A stretch of DNA of 64,000 bases, from contig NC_079172.1 of assembly GCF_947568905.1 (NCBI RefSeq), positions 9,486,001-9,550,000 on the forward strand. Reading direction: 5' to 3'. Of the stretch, positions 25,938 to 39,092 are shown in pieces. Under the pieces are notes generated by a model, which had not been told where the DNA came from, searched no databases, and worked only from the letters and a program-made list of their open reading frames with translations. This stretch comes from Ostrea edulis (lineage: Eukaryota). Positions within the stretch are counted from its first letter, which is position 1. Each line of letters starts with the position of its first letter. The translations under genes and the position numbers were made by a program.

Positions 25938-28414
25938 GTTATGTTCAAAGTCGAAACAATACCCATCAATTTGAGATCATAGAGAGAACATTTCGGTGTA
26001 CAGACGGTTTTCTCATTTTCCCACAAACCTATCCAGCACTGTACCATTGAGCTCTTTTTCCTGACTCCTTGTGCCGCCTCATTAGAAAACGACCTTGTTT
26101 TGGTGGCTGTAGAATGTGTTTCCTATAACATCATCACAAAGCAAACCAATAACCTAAAAGTATCCACATCCAAAAGAAACAAATTCTCTTTTATTCTAAT
26201 ATGTCAAAATGTTAGTTCCTGTGTCTAATTACATTAACCATTTCCAAGTATTAAACTCCTACAATTTTATTAACACGGTCTGGAATTAGCAGATTCGATT
26301 TCTTTTGATTGCCTCACAAAAATCAAGTACCGACAGAGCGGTAGAGCTGGAGTATGGAGAGAAGGCCTCAACAAATCATTGTTTATCTTCGATCACTCAC
26401 AAATCATTGTCTGGCCTGCTGAGATATTTCAGGAAATGTCCACCACACGTTAGGACTGTTCTCATGGATTGGGAATGGTGAAGTGTATGTCAGATTCATT
26501 CCGTCATACTCTACCACGTCAATGGGATTTTTTTTCCCCCAATATAAGAAATAAACATTTCTCTCTCTGAAGTAGAAGTAAATGCTTTCATTGCATGTAC
26601 GATCACTTTAAGAAGATCAGAATGGATGAAAGTGAACTCCATTGAAATATAAACGAGATCGATAACAATTAACAAGCAGCATGCAATCACAATTGCATTT
26701 TTTTTCTTTTGGGGAACATCAAGATTAATCTCATTGATATTTGTATTTTTTGATAACAAAAAGAACATGCTCATAGATTAAGGTCAGTTATACCTTTCTA
26801 AAGAAAAACCAATGGCAGAATATTTTTATATCTTAAGGATTTAAGTGGTCGGTGGAAGAAGCGGTAGAAAGTCTATTAATATCACTCTCAGAAAGATTTA
26901 CAGCAATGGTGGCAGACATTGGCGAACTAGGGTTGGCAATATTTCCCTATTCGAAATCATTATAATATTTGACCATCACAATAAACCGGTCCAAACTTGG
27001 CGTCAATGTGGTTCAAAAGCCATTACGATGTCTTTATGTCCCGAAGTCCGCATAATTTCACGCCTGGACGTTTTCCCAATATCTTGAGATGGCAGAAAAG
27101 TCTACTCCCAGTTCTTCTAAAATCTGTCACCGACAATCAGGGGCTGTATTGAACAGAATTACAGGGGAGTTTATATTCATCATGCGGAAGATTCCAACAG
27201 AGTCTACATGGAAGAAAAGAGTGACTCAATAGACAATCAGTATAGTCAATGCTATCGTTACAACTGGAATTTCTTTTTCCCGATGTGGTACTCCTTACAA
27301 TACCTTTCTCTAATCTACAACTATAGAATATGCAACTTATCGAGATAGGTTCTATTGTCTAGAACAGAGATCGTCATTAACAAATTGATTCTTACACAGA
27401 AAACCTGCGTGATACCAGCGAATTTATCAAAGAACTGAGTTCAAGTTAAGAAATTTAAAAGAATATTTTCAAGAACACGGAAGAACATATCATCTACACT
27501 GTCTTATCATGTTGATACAATAAAACACTGCATTGATACGTGTCCATACGTGCATGGCAAAATCAAACTTCAATGCATTCCGAATCATGTTTTCATTTTC
27601 TATGTAAAACCAACCAGTGAATTTAAGAAGTAAAAAAACTGCATTAGTAAGCAACTGCACATTATCTTTGATTTCTTTACAGTATTTTGCAAGATCTCTT
27701 TTGTATTTTGATATTTCAATCAAACATGAAAGATTCAAATATGAAGTAATCTCTCTGATATATTTTACAAACGTTCTCCGTAAATCAAATTATCTCCAAA
27801 ATACTCATTACTTATGAAAAATTAGTTACATAATATTGTTCTTTACAAAAGAAGTAATTATTAAAGAATCTAAGAGCCGTGTTTCTTATCCCTTCTTTTA
27901 AGCTAATTGCATTAGGTTGAGTGAGGAGATGTGTTGTTCCCTGTACAATAGGAACGGTGATGGGAGATGTAATTGTAGAAACGATAGCTCCCTCTGTCAG
28001 ATATTGCATATTGTTGAACATATTTCTTCATTACACAGTGAAAGTGATATTTTCATAGAAGAAAAAGGCTAAAACTATTTGATCGAACCCTCGATAGGGA
28101 TTTGTTTCAACACAACAACAAACAACACTTAATTAATGCGCTGTCCTGATAGAGAGGGTTTTTGTTATTGACGAGTTGTTCTCTACTTGAGGAAAGCTCG
28201 ATTTACTCTTATAAATGTGTAGTCGTGAAGAAACAGCACTTTATTTCTTCATAAAAAGAATTAAGAGCTTCATTCACAAACCCAAACATTATGTTGATAT
28301 ATGTCAATATCAAACTGACGTACGGACTGGTGAACATCAGTTAAAAAGTACTATATAAGTTTACAATCCAAAAACTTTACCAAAAATTAAATCTTATTTC
28401 AATTCATCAAAAGG

Positions 28415-28625
28415 TCGTAACTCCTAAAGAGAATACAAAAATAAGGGTAGGGCAAACACAGACCCCTGGGCGTACTAAAGATGGTATCTGGTGCCTAGGA
28501 GGAGTAAGCATCAATCAGGTAAACGGAGTAATCCATAATCAAAATTAGTGTGTAAAGAACGCACTGACAATTGGTATGACATACGTCAGACAGCATTTGA
28601 CCCAATGACAAGTTGTATTGGTAAA
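28415..28625 (-). mobile_element. Penelope-like element 3' end fragment
   Basis: gggcaaacacagacccctgg...ggtgcctaggaggagtaagcat...cagacagcatttgacccaatga. Confidence 0.72.
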
Positions 28626-29854
28626 TCATAATTGAGCCTTTCCTAGCAAAAAGGGCCCTTAAGTATATTAGTACTAAAGTGTGAACTATAAGAGAACATC
28701 CCTCAAAATATTAGAGTAATGTTGATTGTCGTTAAAATATTATAGTTAGTAAAAGATGAAATCGAAACGTGATTGGTAATCATGACCTTTTTCTTTACAA
28801 TTATGTAAAAAAAAAAAAAAAAAAAAATGACGTTACGTTTTTTCATTATGACGTTTTTTTAAAAAAAAAATGATGGATAAAATAAGGCCTTTTTTGTTGT
28901 TGCTAGGAATGGCTCATATCGTAATAAAATATACCACATTAAATACAGTTTTACATAAGTTGTCTAATTTTTACAGTATTCCATCTTAAAATTGATGAAA
29001 TCTACCTGTTGCATAATTTAGATGAAAATGAAATTTTGACGATCCTTATTGTTTATAGAGCGCGATTTTAAATTAACACTTTCTTTTCTGTTACATATAT
29101 ACCCTAGAAAAATATATTAGAATACCGAATATAGCTAGAGATTATCATCATTATGATGCCCTACGTAAGTCCTAATCTAGGCAATGTTTGGTTAAACTGA
29201 AAATAACCACTGCACAAAGTACAGTAACCTTTGGTTGATTGATTGATTGTAGATTGTTTAACGTCTCCCTCGAACCTTTGAAGCACGAGCGCTACTGACA
29301 ATGGAAGGGAATGTAGCTCTTATCATATAGAGGTTTTATCGAAAGAAAACTTTATCAAAATGTGTATCGTATTCCCTGCTGATTCGAACTTGCGATCTGT
29401 CATAATGGGTCTGTATGATACAAGTATACAAGGAAGCTATCAGTTCAAATTTGGTTTTTCTGGTTAAGTGGTTCAAATCTTCAGAAATCGATTACAATTT
29501 GTGAGTGACTCAGGTGACCTAAAACAAACTTTGCATTCCTTTTACCTAAGGATACTTTGTGCCAATTGTGATTGAAACTTAACTGGCCTTGCTTTATGGA
29601 GGAACCGTCGAACATATAAGGTACATGTAACATCGAAAACAAATTTTGATCAGAAAATTTCAGGTGAACTACACAGACTGAATTCTGGCATTGTTACATT
29701 CCTCACCAAGATTTAATTCATAGAGTAGGTTAATTTGCAAGACCTGTCAGGCAAACATCTACCAATTTCTCTCAGGCTTTAACTCACGTCAAGTGTCCTA
29801 CATCCAAGGCGAGACAAGAATTCTAATGGGGTCTACACAACAACATCGCGTAAG

Positions 29855-29856
<2 letters not shown>

Positions 29857-29906
<50 letters not shown>
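29857..29906. repeat. (AT)n microsatellite
   Basis: Read directly. Confidence 0.95.
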
Positions 29907-29909
<3 letters not shown>

Positions 29910-30080
29910 TGTTTAAGAGTTCATTGCAATCTTTTTGCTTTATATAAAAATATTTCAAAGGCAGTGTGTTTATTGCATGATCCTCTTAGATTTACGTCAA
30001 GTAACTGAAGCCCATTTCCATTGATCGTGTAGTGAGTGACAACGTGGCGAGAATTACATCGTCATCCAAAGTAATTTTTT

Positions 30081-30180
30081 TGAATGGCCTAGATGGTCGA
30101 ACAGTCTAGCACACTGGTCACACGCTGCTAGGAGATTTGGATCCGCAGGTCGTGAGTTTAACCCCGTCCAGGGGCGAAAG
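30081..30180 (+). mobile_element. tRNA-derived SINE-like head
   Basis: ggcctagatggt (A-box-like) and gtgagtttaacccc (B-box-like). Confidence 0.5.
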
Positions 30181-30226
30181 TGGGTATCTAATATATGGTG
30201 AACTTTTCTGTTCTTCATATATGTAT

Positions 30227-30378
30227 AAAACTCTAAACACTTTTTTGAAATATTTCGACCGTGTTACCGGTCTTCTTCAGTCGTGTTTATCTCTCATAGC
30301 CTATTAATGGCTATATAAACACGACTGAAGAAGACCGGTAACACGGTCAAAATATTTCAACAAAGTGTTTAGAGTTTT
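30227..30378. ncRNA. 64-bp inverted repeat in which each arm carries a minimal type-I hammerhead-like core
   Basis: Arms 30227-30290 and 30315-30378 match at 62/64. The minus arm reads CTGAAGA-A-GACCG-GTAACA-CGGTC-GAAA-TATTTC; the plus arm has GAAA changed to AAAA. Confidence 0.6.
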
Positions 30379-30407
30379 TTCTATATTTTACTTCCTAAAC
30401 AGAGACT

Positions 30408-30408
30408 T

Positions 30409-30469
<61 letters not shown>
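30408..30469. repeat. (TA)n(GA)n microsatellite
   Basis: Read directly. Confidence 0.95.
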
Positions 30470-30473
<4 letters not shown>

Positions 30474-33400
30474 AACTTTGTTCGAAATGTTGTTGATCAA
30501 TACTAGGAAAACGTTTTTGGCATACCTATTAAGCACTTTGTATGAAACGAACTAGATTGTGTGAGAAAATAAAGCCAGCTGAGAATATCACTGTTAGATC
30601 ATAATTCATACACGTATTTGTAAATGTATATAGTTTTACTATCAATCTTTGTGAGCAGCAAGACAAAATATACTGTATCAATTCCCAGAAGTATCTCACA
30701 CATAACTGCAAATATGTTCAGAGATGGTATAATTTATTTATCATTGTTACACAAATAGGACTCTTTTCGGTTTGATATTTTCCTTCAGTGCAAATTCAGG
30801 AAGAGGTAATATTTTGAGTCAATTTTACGATACGTTTGGCGATACTAAATAAACAAGGCCTTCTTCAATAACAAAGAAGAAAAATGACCCTTATTTTTAC
30901 GAATATGATCTTCCTCCTAAACATTTTCTTAATGTCCTATTAAACATCACCATGTTTCATTGAACTGGCGAAATAGTACACCACTAATGGGTTATATTCA
31001 ATTAAAACCGAGCACTGTTTTTTTGTTTTCTGATCGTATGTGTAATTCCTAAATCTTCTATATGGTAACGAAGTGACATAATGGCCAATAAATAACCAGT
31101 GTTGATAACAACCGGCACGGATTTTTCCGTTCCATGAAATTGGTTCTAATTTTTAATGTATTAAATTCATCTGATATAGTGGTACAGCACGGTGTACTCA
31201 TCAGAGACTGTGTGATCAATCCCACTTAAGATGTCGCCGTCTTCTCACAATGAAATTAACAATGCAAAGTCTTATCGGCACCGAGATGACTATATTCTGA
31301 GAGTAGAGACTAAACTTTTTGTCTATTTTGATTCCATAAAACCCATAAAGAAACGGCACTCTGTGGGTGAAATAGCTTATGCGCACGCGTATTCATTTAA
31401 CTTGGGTATGAAATACTGGAATGAACTCGAGAGAGCATTAAATAGTTCTCCCTAACAAGCCATTAAGTGTTGATGGTGTTCTATACTGAAATTGGACGTC
31501 ATAAGCAATCGTCCCTTAAAACGGTGAGAAAGCATTATGTCCCTTGTGGGATTAGTAAGAGTATTGCATCTGTAATTTCCAACATATATGTATGTACCAT
31601 TTTGTCAATAAGAAAATCATAGTCGGATAGAGTCGCGTTCTAGAGTATGCTTGTACTGTAGATTTACGCGATTATCATTTGGTTGTAGGTTTGAATTCTA
31701 CTGCGATACGTGGAAAATTATATGTACTGAAGCCCCTTGTGACAGAAAACTTGGCACATAAAACCAGGTTTCCTCTTCACATACCACATACATGTACAGA
31801 CAACATTTATGTCGGTCTCGGCACAATATGAGTGGAATATGTATATCTTTTAAAGTAGCTAAAATGAACTAAGAGATTAAAATATATCATGTTGAAATGA
31901 ACTCACTAGTACGTGAGACAATATGTTCATTGGCAGATCAAACACGGAGGCCGTTACAGATCCAGCAAATGAACTTTTCATTATATTGTAATTTTGGATT
32001 TGGTTTTAATCAAAATTATTTTAGTCATGAATTTTACCTAATAGATTTAAATTCTTTCTTAAATGTAACTAATATGTCAATTTGAACTTTTCAACTATTG
32101 ATTTGTCCTTTGAAAAAGCGTTGACGAGATGGAAAAAAAAATAATTACGGCTGAACGAAAAGCGGAAACGGAAATCCGGATATAAATCAAAATTGAATTT
32201 AGGAACGATTGCCGAAGAATTTCAGGCTACGTTTCCACGCATGCCTCTTGTATAAATGATGAAGCTTAAGAATTTAAGAATTAGAACTTGCTCTCTTTCA
32301 CATCTCTTATACAGTGAAGCTCTACCCCCGCATGCATAGGTATGACAATTCATGGCTGCCTTATATAAAATGTAAGTTACCACCTACGTTTGATTACTTG
32401 AAGGATCAATTTCTAAGTACTAAACTTGATATAAACTATCAATTTTTTATATCAAAGAGAGTATTTCCAATTGTCAGATCGGGAAAATGTCATCAATCAT
32501 TGTTTTTCAGACTCGCAATAAAAAAAAGTTCAAATGAAACACTTCTAGGTTAAAATTCTAAAGGCTCTCAGAATATCATTTTTATAATTTCAATGATAAC
32601 ACACGGTCATATTCATATGTGTGTTTTTTTTTTTTTTTAGATTTCTAAAGATATTCTGGGTACCGTTGAAGACTTGGCAACAACATCTGAATGTACGAAC
32701 ATCTGAACATAAATGTAACATTAGCATACTTTAGAATTTAACATTCCATAATAATATATGTCCATCGGTTCACAACACAACCGCCTAGATCTGGTGTAAA
32801 AAGGAATCATGAAAAAATAATGTTTGATAGCCTGATATTAGAATTCAGATGAAATATTGTTGCATTTAATTTGTTATCTCAGATCATGCGAAGATTCCCT
32901 GTCCGCTTTATAAAATTTGCACCAGTCTATTTGATCATGGGGCGACCATTAGACTTTCTACAGGTACGTTATTGTATAAATTAATTGGCTTTTCAAATTC
33001 AGCTCATCAGCCCGGGGACGTTATGGAGTTAATCATGGCGAGTAATTGATTTCCTTCTGTATTACAGTATTAACAACGACATCAAAACCAGGACATAAAA
33101 CAGCAATGCAGAAAAAAAACCCGCTATTATCGGAGTTTTTCTATACACGCATACCCTTCAAAGTCAAGCAGTTTTTTTGATGAATTATACATGATTTTTA
33201 ATGCGTTCTACCTTGTTAAATGATCTTCGATAAGAATTCTCGGCATGTTACTCTTTATGAGACATCTTTTTAGTCTTTCGCGAGCTTCCTGCATAATTTA
33301 CATCATGCATAATTCACAATGATATGACTTATCTAATTCTGATCAGAGGTGTACGAGATTTTACCACTAGTTGTATTGAAACACAAATCGGGATAATTTC

Positions 33401-33971
33401 CGTACACCCCTAGACCTACATGTAGATATGTCAGAGTATTGGAGGGTGTATTCTACCATAAATGACTGTCCGCCTATGTCAAAATTTCATTCAACCACCT
33501 GACGTCACGAAATAATTTTTGCGTCAAGGGGTTTATTGGAAATGTTAACTGAATGTACAATGGTTGTGAGACGCTTCTTAAATAACTGTACCTCATATAC
33601 ATACAGATGTATATCCTACAAACAACACTGTCGAAGAATAGAAATTGTTGAATTTTAAAATTAATCCCCTGAGGTCTAGATATTTTGGGTTCGGTTTCTA
33701 TTTTCTAACAAAATTTCTCAACTGCAGGGGTTTATTCTCCAACAAAATCCTCCTACACGATCATTATTTCCTTATATTTTTATTCCAACATGATTTTGCT
33801 ATTAGGAAAGAAAAAATCAAAATACAGTGGCTGTTATAGGACTAGTGTAACTTCCAAGAACCACTTACATTTAATTACAATGTCACACTAAATAACTATG
33901 TTGGCATTACCATGACAAATTCGACTAATTGCGTTGAAGAAAGCTACCATGCTGTTACAACCTGCTAGCTG

Positions 33972-35232
33972 AGACGCGCTGTTAGTTAATGGAAAATGAG
34001 ATACAAAAAATATAATTTCCAAAACAAAAAAACTAATCGCATGTAAATATATTAGCGTTAACGTTTTAAAGATCCATTTTGTTGTATAAAATATTCAAAC
34101 CTTCGTGATGTAAGATCTTCAAATGTACGTATGAAAAAAAGTCATCCTAATGTAATTGTTTTGCAACCTGTATACAGAAGAAGTTAAAGAAGTTCACACC
34201 TGAGTTGTGTAACATTGTCATTTTTCTGGGGAAGTATATTAAATTATTGAATTTCTATATTAATTGAAGGGAATTGTGAAATTGAAAAGCAAAACGGGGG
34301 TCATAGTTCTTGTTATTGATCTAGAGTGCGTTAAGGTTGGTTGAGACGCACGGTTAGTTCTAAGAAAATGAGATATAAGAATTATAATTTCCAAAAGAAA
34401 AATCATATGTAAACAAGAAATGTTTGTAAAACAAAATTAATAGGGGTCATATACTCCTTATGATGTACCAGTCTACCAAGTTTGATGTCTGTCAAGCAAA
34501 GGGTTCTCAAGATATTGAGCGGACAGTGTCTTCCTATATCCAGAGTGGACTGACCTTTGACCTTTTGACCTGATTATCGATAGGGTCCCTCTTCTACTCA
34601 TAACCAACCCACATATGAAAGGTGAATATAACGAACAGTGATCAATCTCATAACTCCTATAAGCAATACAAAATAATAGTTGGGCAAACACGGGCCCCTG
34701 GGCACACCAGAGGTGGGATCAGGTGCCTAGGAGGAGTAAGCATCCCCTGTCGATTGGTCACACCCGCCTATATCTTGATCAGGTAAATGGAGTTATCCGT
34801 AGTCAAAATCAGTGTGAAATTTCATTACGATCAAATGATTGGTTCTCAAGATATTGAGCGGACAACATGAGGTCTACCGACCGACCGACAGGTGCAAAGC
34901 ATATGCCCCTCTTCTTTAAAGGGGGACATAAATATATTAGCGTTAACGTTTTAAAGATCCATTGTGTTGTATAAAATATTCAAACCTTCGTGATGTAAGA
35001 TCTTCAAATGTACGTATGAAAAAAAAAGTCATCCTAATGTAATTGCTTTGCAATCTGTATTCAAATTCTCTAAAGTACCGATATTTGTATTGAAGTAGTT
35101 ATAGAAGTTTGCACCTGAGTTTTGTAGCATTGTCACATTTGGAGGGTATATCAAATTTTTGAATTTCTACATTGAAAGGGAATTGTGAAATTGAAAAGCA
35201 AAACTGGGGTCATAGTGCTTGTTATTGATCTA
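33972..35232. repeat. Local tandem duplication (~350-bp unit); the second copy carries nested insertions
   Basis: gcgttaacgttttaaagatcc...gtcatcctaatgtaattg and gggaattgtgaaattgaaaagcaaa...gttattgatcta each occur twice. Confidence 0.85.
34411..34931 (+). mobile_element. Helentron/pearl-type non-autonomous element with a nested Penelope-like 3' fragment (34617-34816, minus)
   Basis: Same family as 59470-60505: aacaag start, ccgaccgac microsatellite, terminal palindrome atgcccc...gggggacat. The empty site is seen at about 34040. Confidence 0.8.
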
Positions 35233-35782
35233 CACTGTATTAAACGTGACATTGTTTGCACCTAAACTTGCGATTGATTCACATAAACTAGTTTTGTCTG
35301 TTGGTGTCAACAAAACATAATCGTTACATCAAATTAATGCATATTCACATCTTCGTACCATATATATAGATACGAAAGTGTGATGTATAGTAGAACAGAA
35401 ATACCACAGAGCACAAGATTTTGCACTTAAAATGCGGGACAATTCATCATTTAGAATCTGATACTTTATTAGAACATACTAGGAGTGTTATCAGTTTTTA
35501 ATTTTGAATCGACGAAAAAATCAACCGGATGGGTTTAGATAATGAATGTATAAAGGGCAAATGATATATGATTATTGACCAAGTACAGTCATAGCGTCCT
35601 GCGCGATTATGGCTAAAATTATGGTTAAAACTGAGGAGCCAACTTTTTAAAGCAAGCTTTAACAAGGTCTATTGGAGATTGTATAGCCTGGTGTCTAATG
35701 CAAGGGACGTACACATACACTTGTTAATTTTAAAGAACTGTAATCTTTTGTTGTTGGATATACAAACTATTTCATTCATTTC

Positions 35783-36928
35783 ATGTGGATTCTAAAAAAA
35801 AAATTAAAGAACTTTCAGTAAATTTGAAATCGCAAACCTTTCCCCAAATCAATAACATCAAAACCTATGACTTTTCAACAGTTTACACGACCATTCCTCA
35901 CGATAAATTAAAGACTAGACTTTTTGACATCATAGACAGTTGCTTCTTCAACAAAAATGGAGAGAGAAAAATATTCATATCTAGTGATCAGTCATTCAAA
36001 AAATTACTTTGTTAAACACCACTCTGATTCCACGCACAAGTATTCTGAAGTTGGAATAAAAAATATGCTAGAGTTCCTCATTGACAATATCTTCATGGAT
36101 TTTGGTGATCAGGTCTTCCAACAGTCTGTTGGAATTCCCATGGGCACGAATTGTGCTCCTTTGTTAGCTAACTTTTTTCTATATTCATATGAAGCATAAT
36201 TTATTCAAACACTTCTACGTGAGAAGAAAAAGTCTCTTGCGGTGGCCTCCAATTCCACATTTAGATAAAACAATAATAACTTTCATTCATATGTCGATTC
36301 CATATCATGTGAGCTCGAAATAAAAGACACCACAGAGTCGTCCACTTCTGCTTCATACTTAGATATTATATGGAAAGTAGACATTAATGACACACCGACA
36401 ACTCAACTGTATGACAAACAGGATGATTTCAGCTTCTCCATCGTCAATTTCCCATATCTATGTAGCAATATTCCATTATCACATGCATATGGTGTTTATA
36501 TCTCTCAACTGATTCGATACGCAAGAGCTTGTTCTGCGTATGGTGAATTTTTAAATCGAGGTAGGCTACTGACAAACAAGTTGATGGTACAGGGGTTTCA
36601 ACAGTCTCGATTAAAGTAAGCATTTCGCAAATTCTATGGTCGTTATAACGATCTAGTTCGTCAATACAACCTATCAGTGGGTCAACTGCTGTCTGACGTG
36701 TTTCATACCGTTCTTGGCACACTGATTTTGACTACGAATAACTCCGTATACCTGATCAGGATATGGGGCTTACGGCGGGTGTGACCGGTCAACAGGGGAT
36801 GCTTACTCCTCTTAGGCACCTGATCCCACCTCTGGTGTGTCCAGGGGTTCGTGTTTGCCCAACTATCTATTTTGTATTGCTTATACGAGTTATGAGATTG
36901 ATCCCTATTCGTTATCTTCACCTTTCAT
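35783..36928 (+). mobile_element. Penelope-like retroelement, 5'-truncated and disabled RT + 3' end (longest copy)
   Basis: WILK, KTYDFSTVYTTIPH, QQSVGIPMGTNCAPLLANFFLYSYE, LEIKDTTES, YDKQDDFSFSIVNFPYLCSNIP. Contains stops and frameshifts; the YIDD segment is deleted. Confidence 0.88.
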
Positions 36929-37602
36929 AAGTGAAACGAAACACAATTTTTGTTTTACATGTTCAAAATTATCTCAATAACAAAACATCGAATTTTTTGT
37001 TTATTTTAAATTTTTAGTTGTCCTTTTACCTCTTTTAGCTGTCTTGTCTTTGACGTTCACAACAATGTTGCAAAAATATCAAAATCAATACATTTGAAAA
37101 TAAGACAACTTCAATTTAATCATGAAACATGACATTTTCTAAAATTATGAATATGAATGCGATCATATACATCTATATTGCAAATATTTTGGCCATCAAC
37201 TATTTCCGTTCGCGATTTCACACTGTGAAAATATCACAGTGTGAAAATAGTGATTGTGAAAATATCATTATTCAATGAATAAATTACAGTATATCACTGT
37301 TGTAACTGTAATAACACAAATGTATATCTCGCTGTCTTAATTGTTAAAGGGTAATCCCCTCGGTCTCAAGTTATAGTTTGGAAATGAAATATTGCATTTC
37401 AGGGTCGTTTTTTTTTTAAAAATAATTTTCTTTACATTTTTTAATTCTTAAATCAACAAAATAAGAGGTAAATATCTAACAGAATTCTACTAAAATACCA
37501 AACGTTTAGATAAAATGAGAATTTATCTAGCTGTCTTTAAATGCGAAAACATTAAAAACCCGTTCCAACGGCTCCATTTACGCGTTGCCGATAAAACGTA
37601 TC

Positions 37603-38170
37603 CCCTGTTCACACGAAGAATTTGATTCACATTAAACGTACATTTGTGCGCATTAAATCTGAACCACGTTCACACGGAAATTTTAATGTGAATTAGTTTA
37701 CTACGGATTTTTTAAATTTTACTTGTAACATTCCATTTGATTGGTTCATTTGACTTTATCAACATTCTTGATATCTTAGATATTGATAAAGTTGCCGTTT
37801 AGTCCTGCTATATGACGTCCCAGGTATGACGTTACAATAGGTTGGACTCTTCTATTTCCATTTTGTTGCTAATATATATATATATGTGTTCATAAATCGC
37901 TTCGCTTTAGAAATGCATACATGAATTTAAGGTGCATTATAGTTTATTGCACATTACTGTCGAATGAACGCACTTTAATTCGAATTGATTCAATGCGCAT
38001 TATTTTACTTCGCATTAGATTTAATTCGAAGTATATTTTTTTAACGCAGCTCAGTTAAGGCTATCCTAATGATACCTGTGAATATGAGGTGCAATTTCAC
38101 ACCATGATTAATGTGCATTTTACTATGGAAGCCCTTAACCTAGCTGCGAAGCGCATCCGTGTTAACAGGG
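37603..38170. mobile_element. MITE-like element with short TIRs
   Basis: ccctgttcacacg at the left, cgtgttaacaggg at the right; superfamily not assigned. Confidence 0.5.
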
Positions 38171-38834
38171 CGTCACACCGGGGTTGTGGTTATTATGGGT
38201 AACACCCATACTGCTAGCCAATCAGAATACGTCGAATTTTAGATCAAGCTATGGTGAAAAATGAGATCGAGTTGTCCGTTAACCTACCAGTGGACGCATC
38301 CATTTGGTTTCCAGTATTTACGTAATTTTCTTTTTCATCTGATTCACTAGATTTCACTTCACGGACAAAGATGATCTCTATTGATTTAAGGGGTCAAACA
38401 TCCATTGTTATAGGAAAACAGTCCCCAGGCCTTAAATGATTCAATGGAGTCACCAAACTTTAAAAATTAACCAACCATGAAATGAAGACGTTAAATGTCG
38501 GGTTCAAAAGGTCAGGGGAACTGGATCGGTTACAGGGTCTTACTTGATTTTCTATCAACCCAAGGTCACCTTCATATAGAGACTTGTCATGGAATAAGGA
38601 TGAACCTCTCGATTTTGGGGTACGGCGCCTTGGTCAAGCAATCTGGACAGTGGTATATAGAAAAAAGGATCTATGGGAAACTTTTATTGACTTTTAGGTC
38701 TATAGGATAACCAAATTGAAAAATAATGTCTGGGTCGCAAATGGTTTTCCCTCTCACAATACATATTTATCAAAGAAGCGTAACACAATTTTCTATCACC
38801 TTGGTATCTCTGTCTCATTTCAATTGTGCAGAGT

Positions 38835-39092
38835 CCCTTGGGGATCCAGATTAGAATAGGTCCTCAATACCCTTGCTTGTCGTAAGAGGCAACTAAATGG
38901 GGCGATCCTTCGGATGAGACCGCAAAAACCGAGGCTCCATGTCACAACAGGTGTGGTACGATAAAGATCCCTTCCTGTTCAAAGGTCGTAAGTGCCGAAC
39001 ATAGGCCTAAATTTTGCAACCCTTTAACGCAATGGTGACGTCTCCATGTGAGCAAAAGATTCTCGAGTGGGCAACAATATACAACCAACCAA
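38835..39092 (+). mobile_element. SINE with non-tRNA head and Deu/Nin-like core (copy 2)
   Basis: 14-bp TSD caattgtgcagagt / caattgagcacagt. Core cttcggatgagaccgcaaaaaccgagg...gataaagatccc; (aacc)n tail. Confidence 0.8.

Noticed and set aside
26845-27300. Coding-like, higher-GC patch upstream of V2
   Set aside because: All frames are interrupted and I recognise no domain; possibly a decayed transposon, but unsupported.
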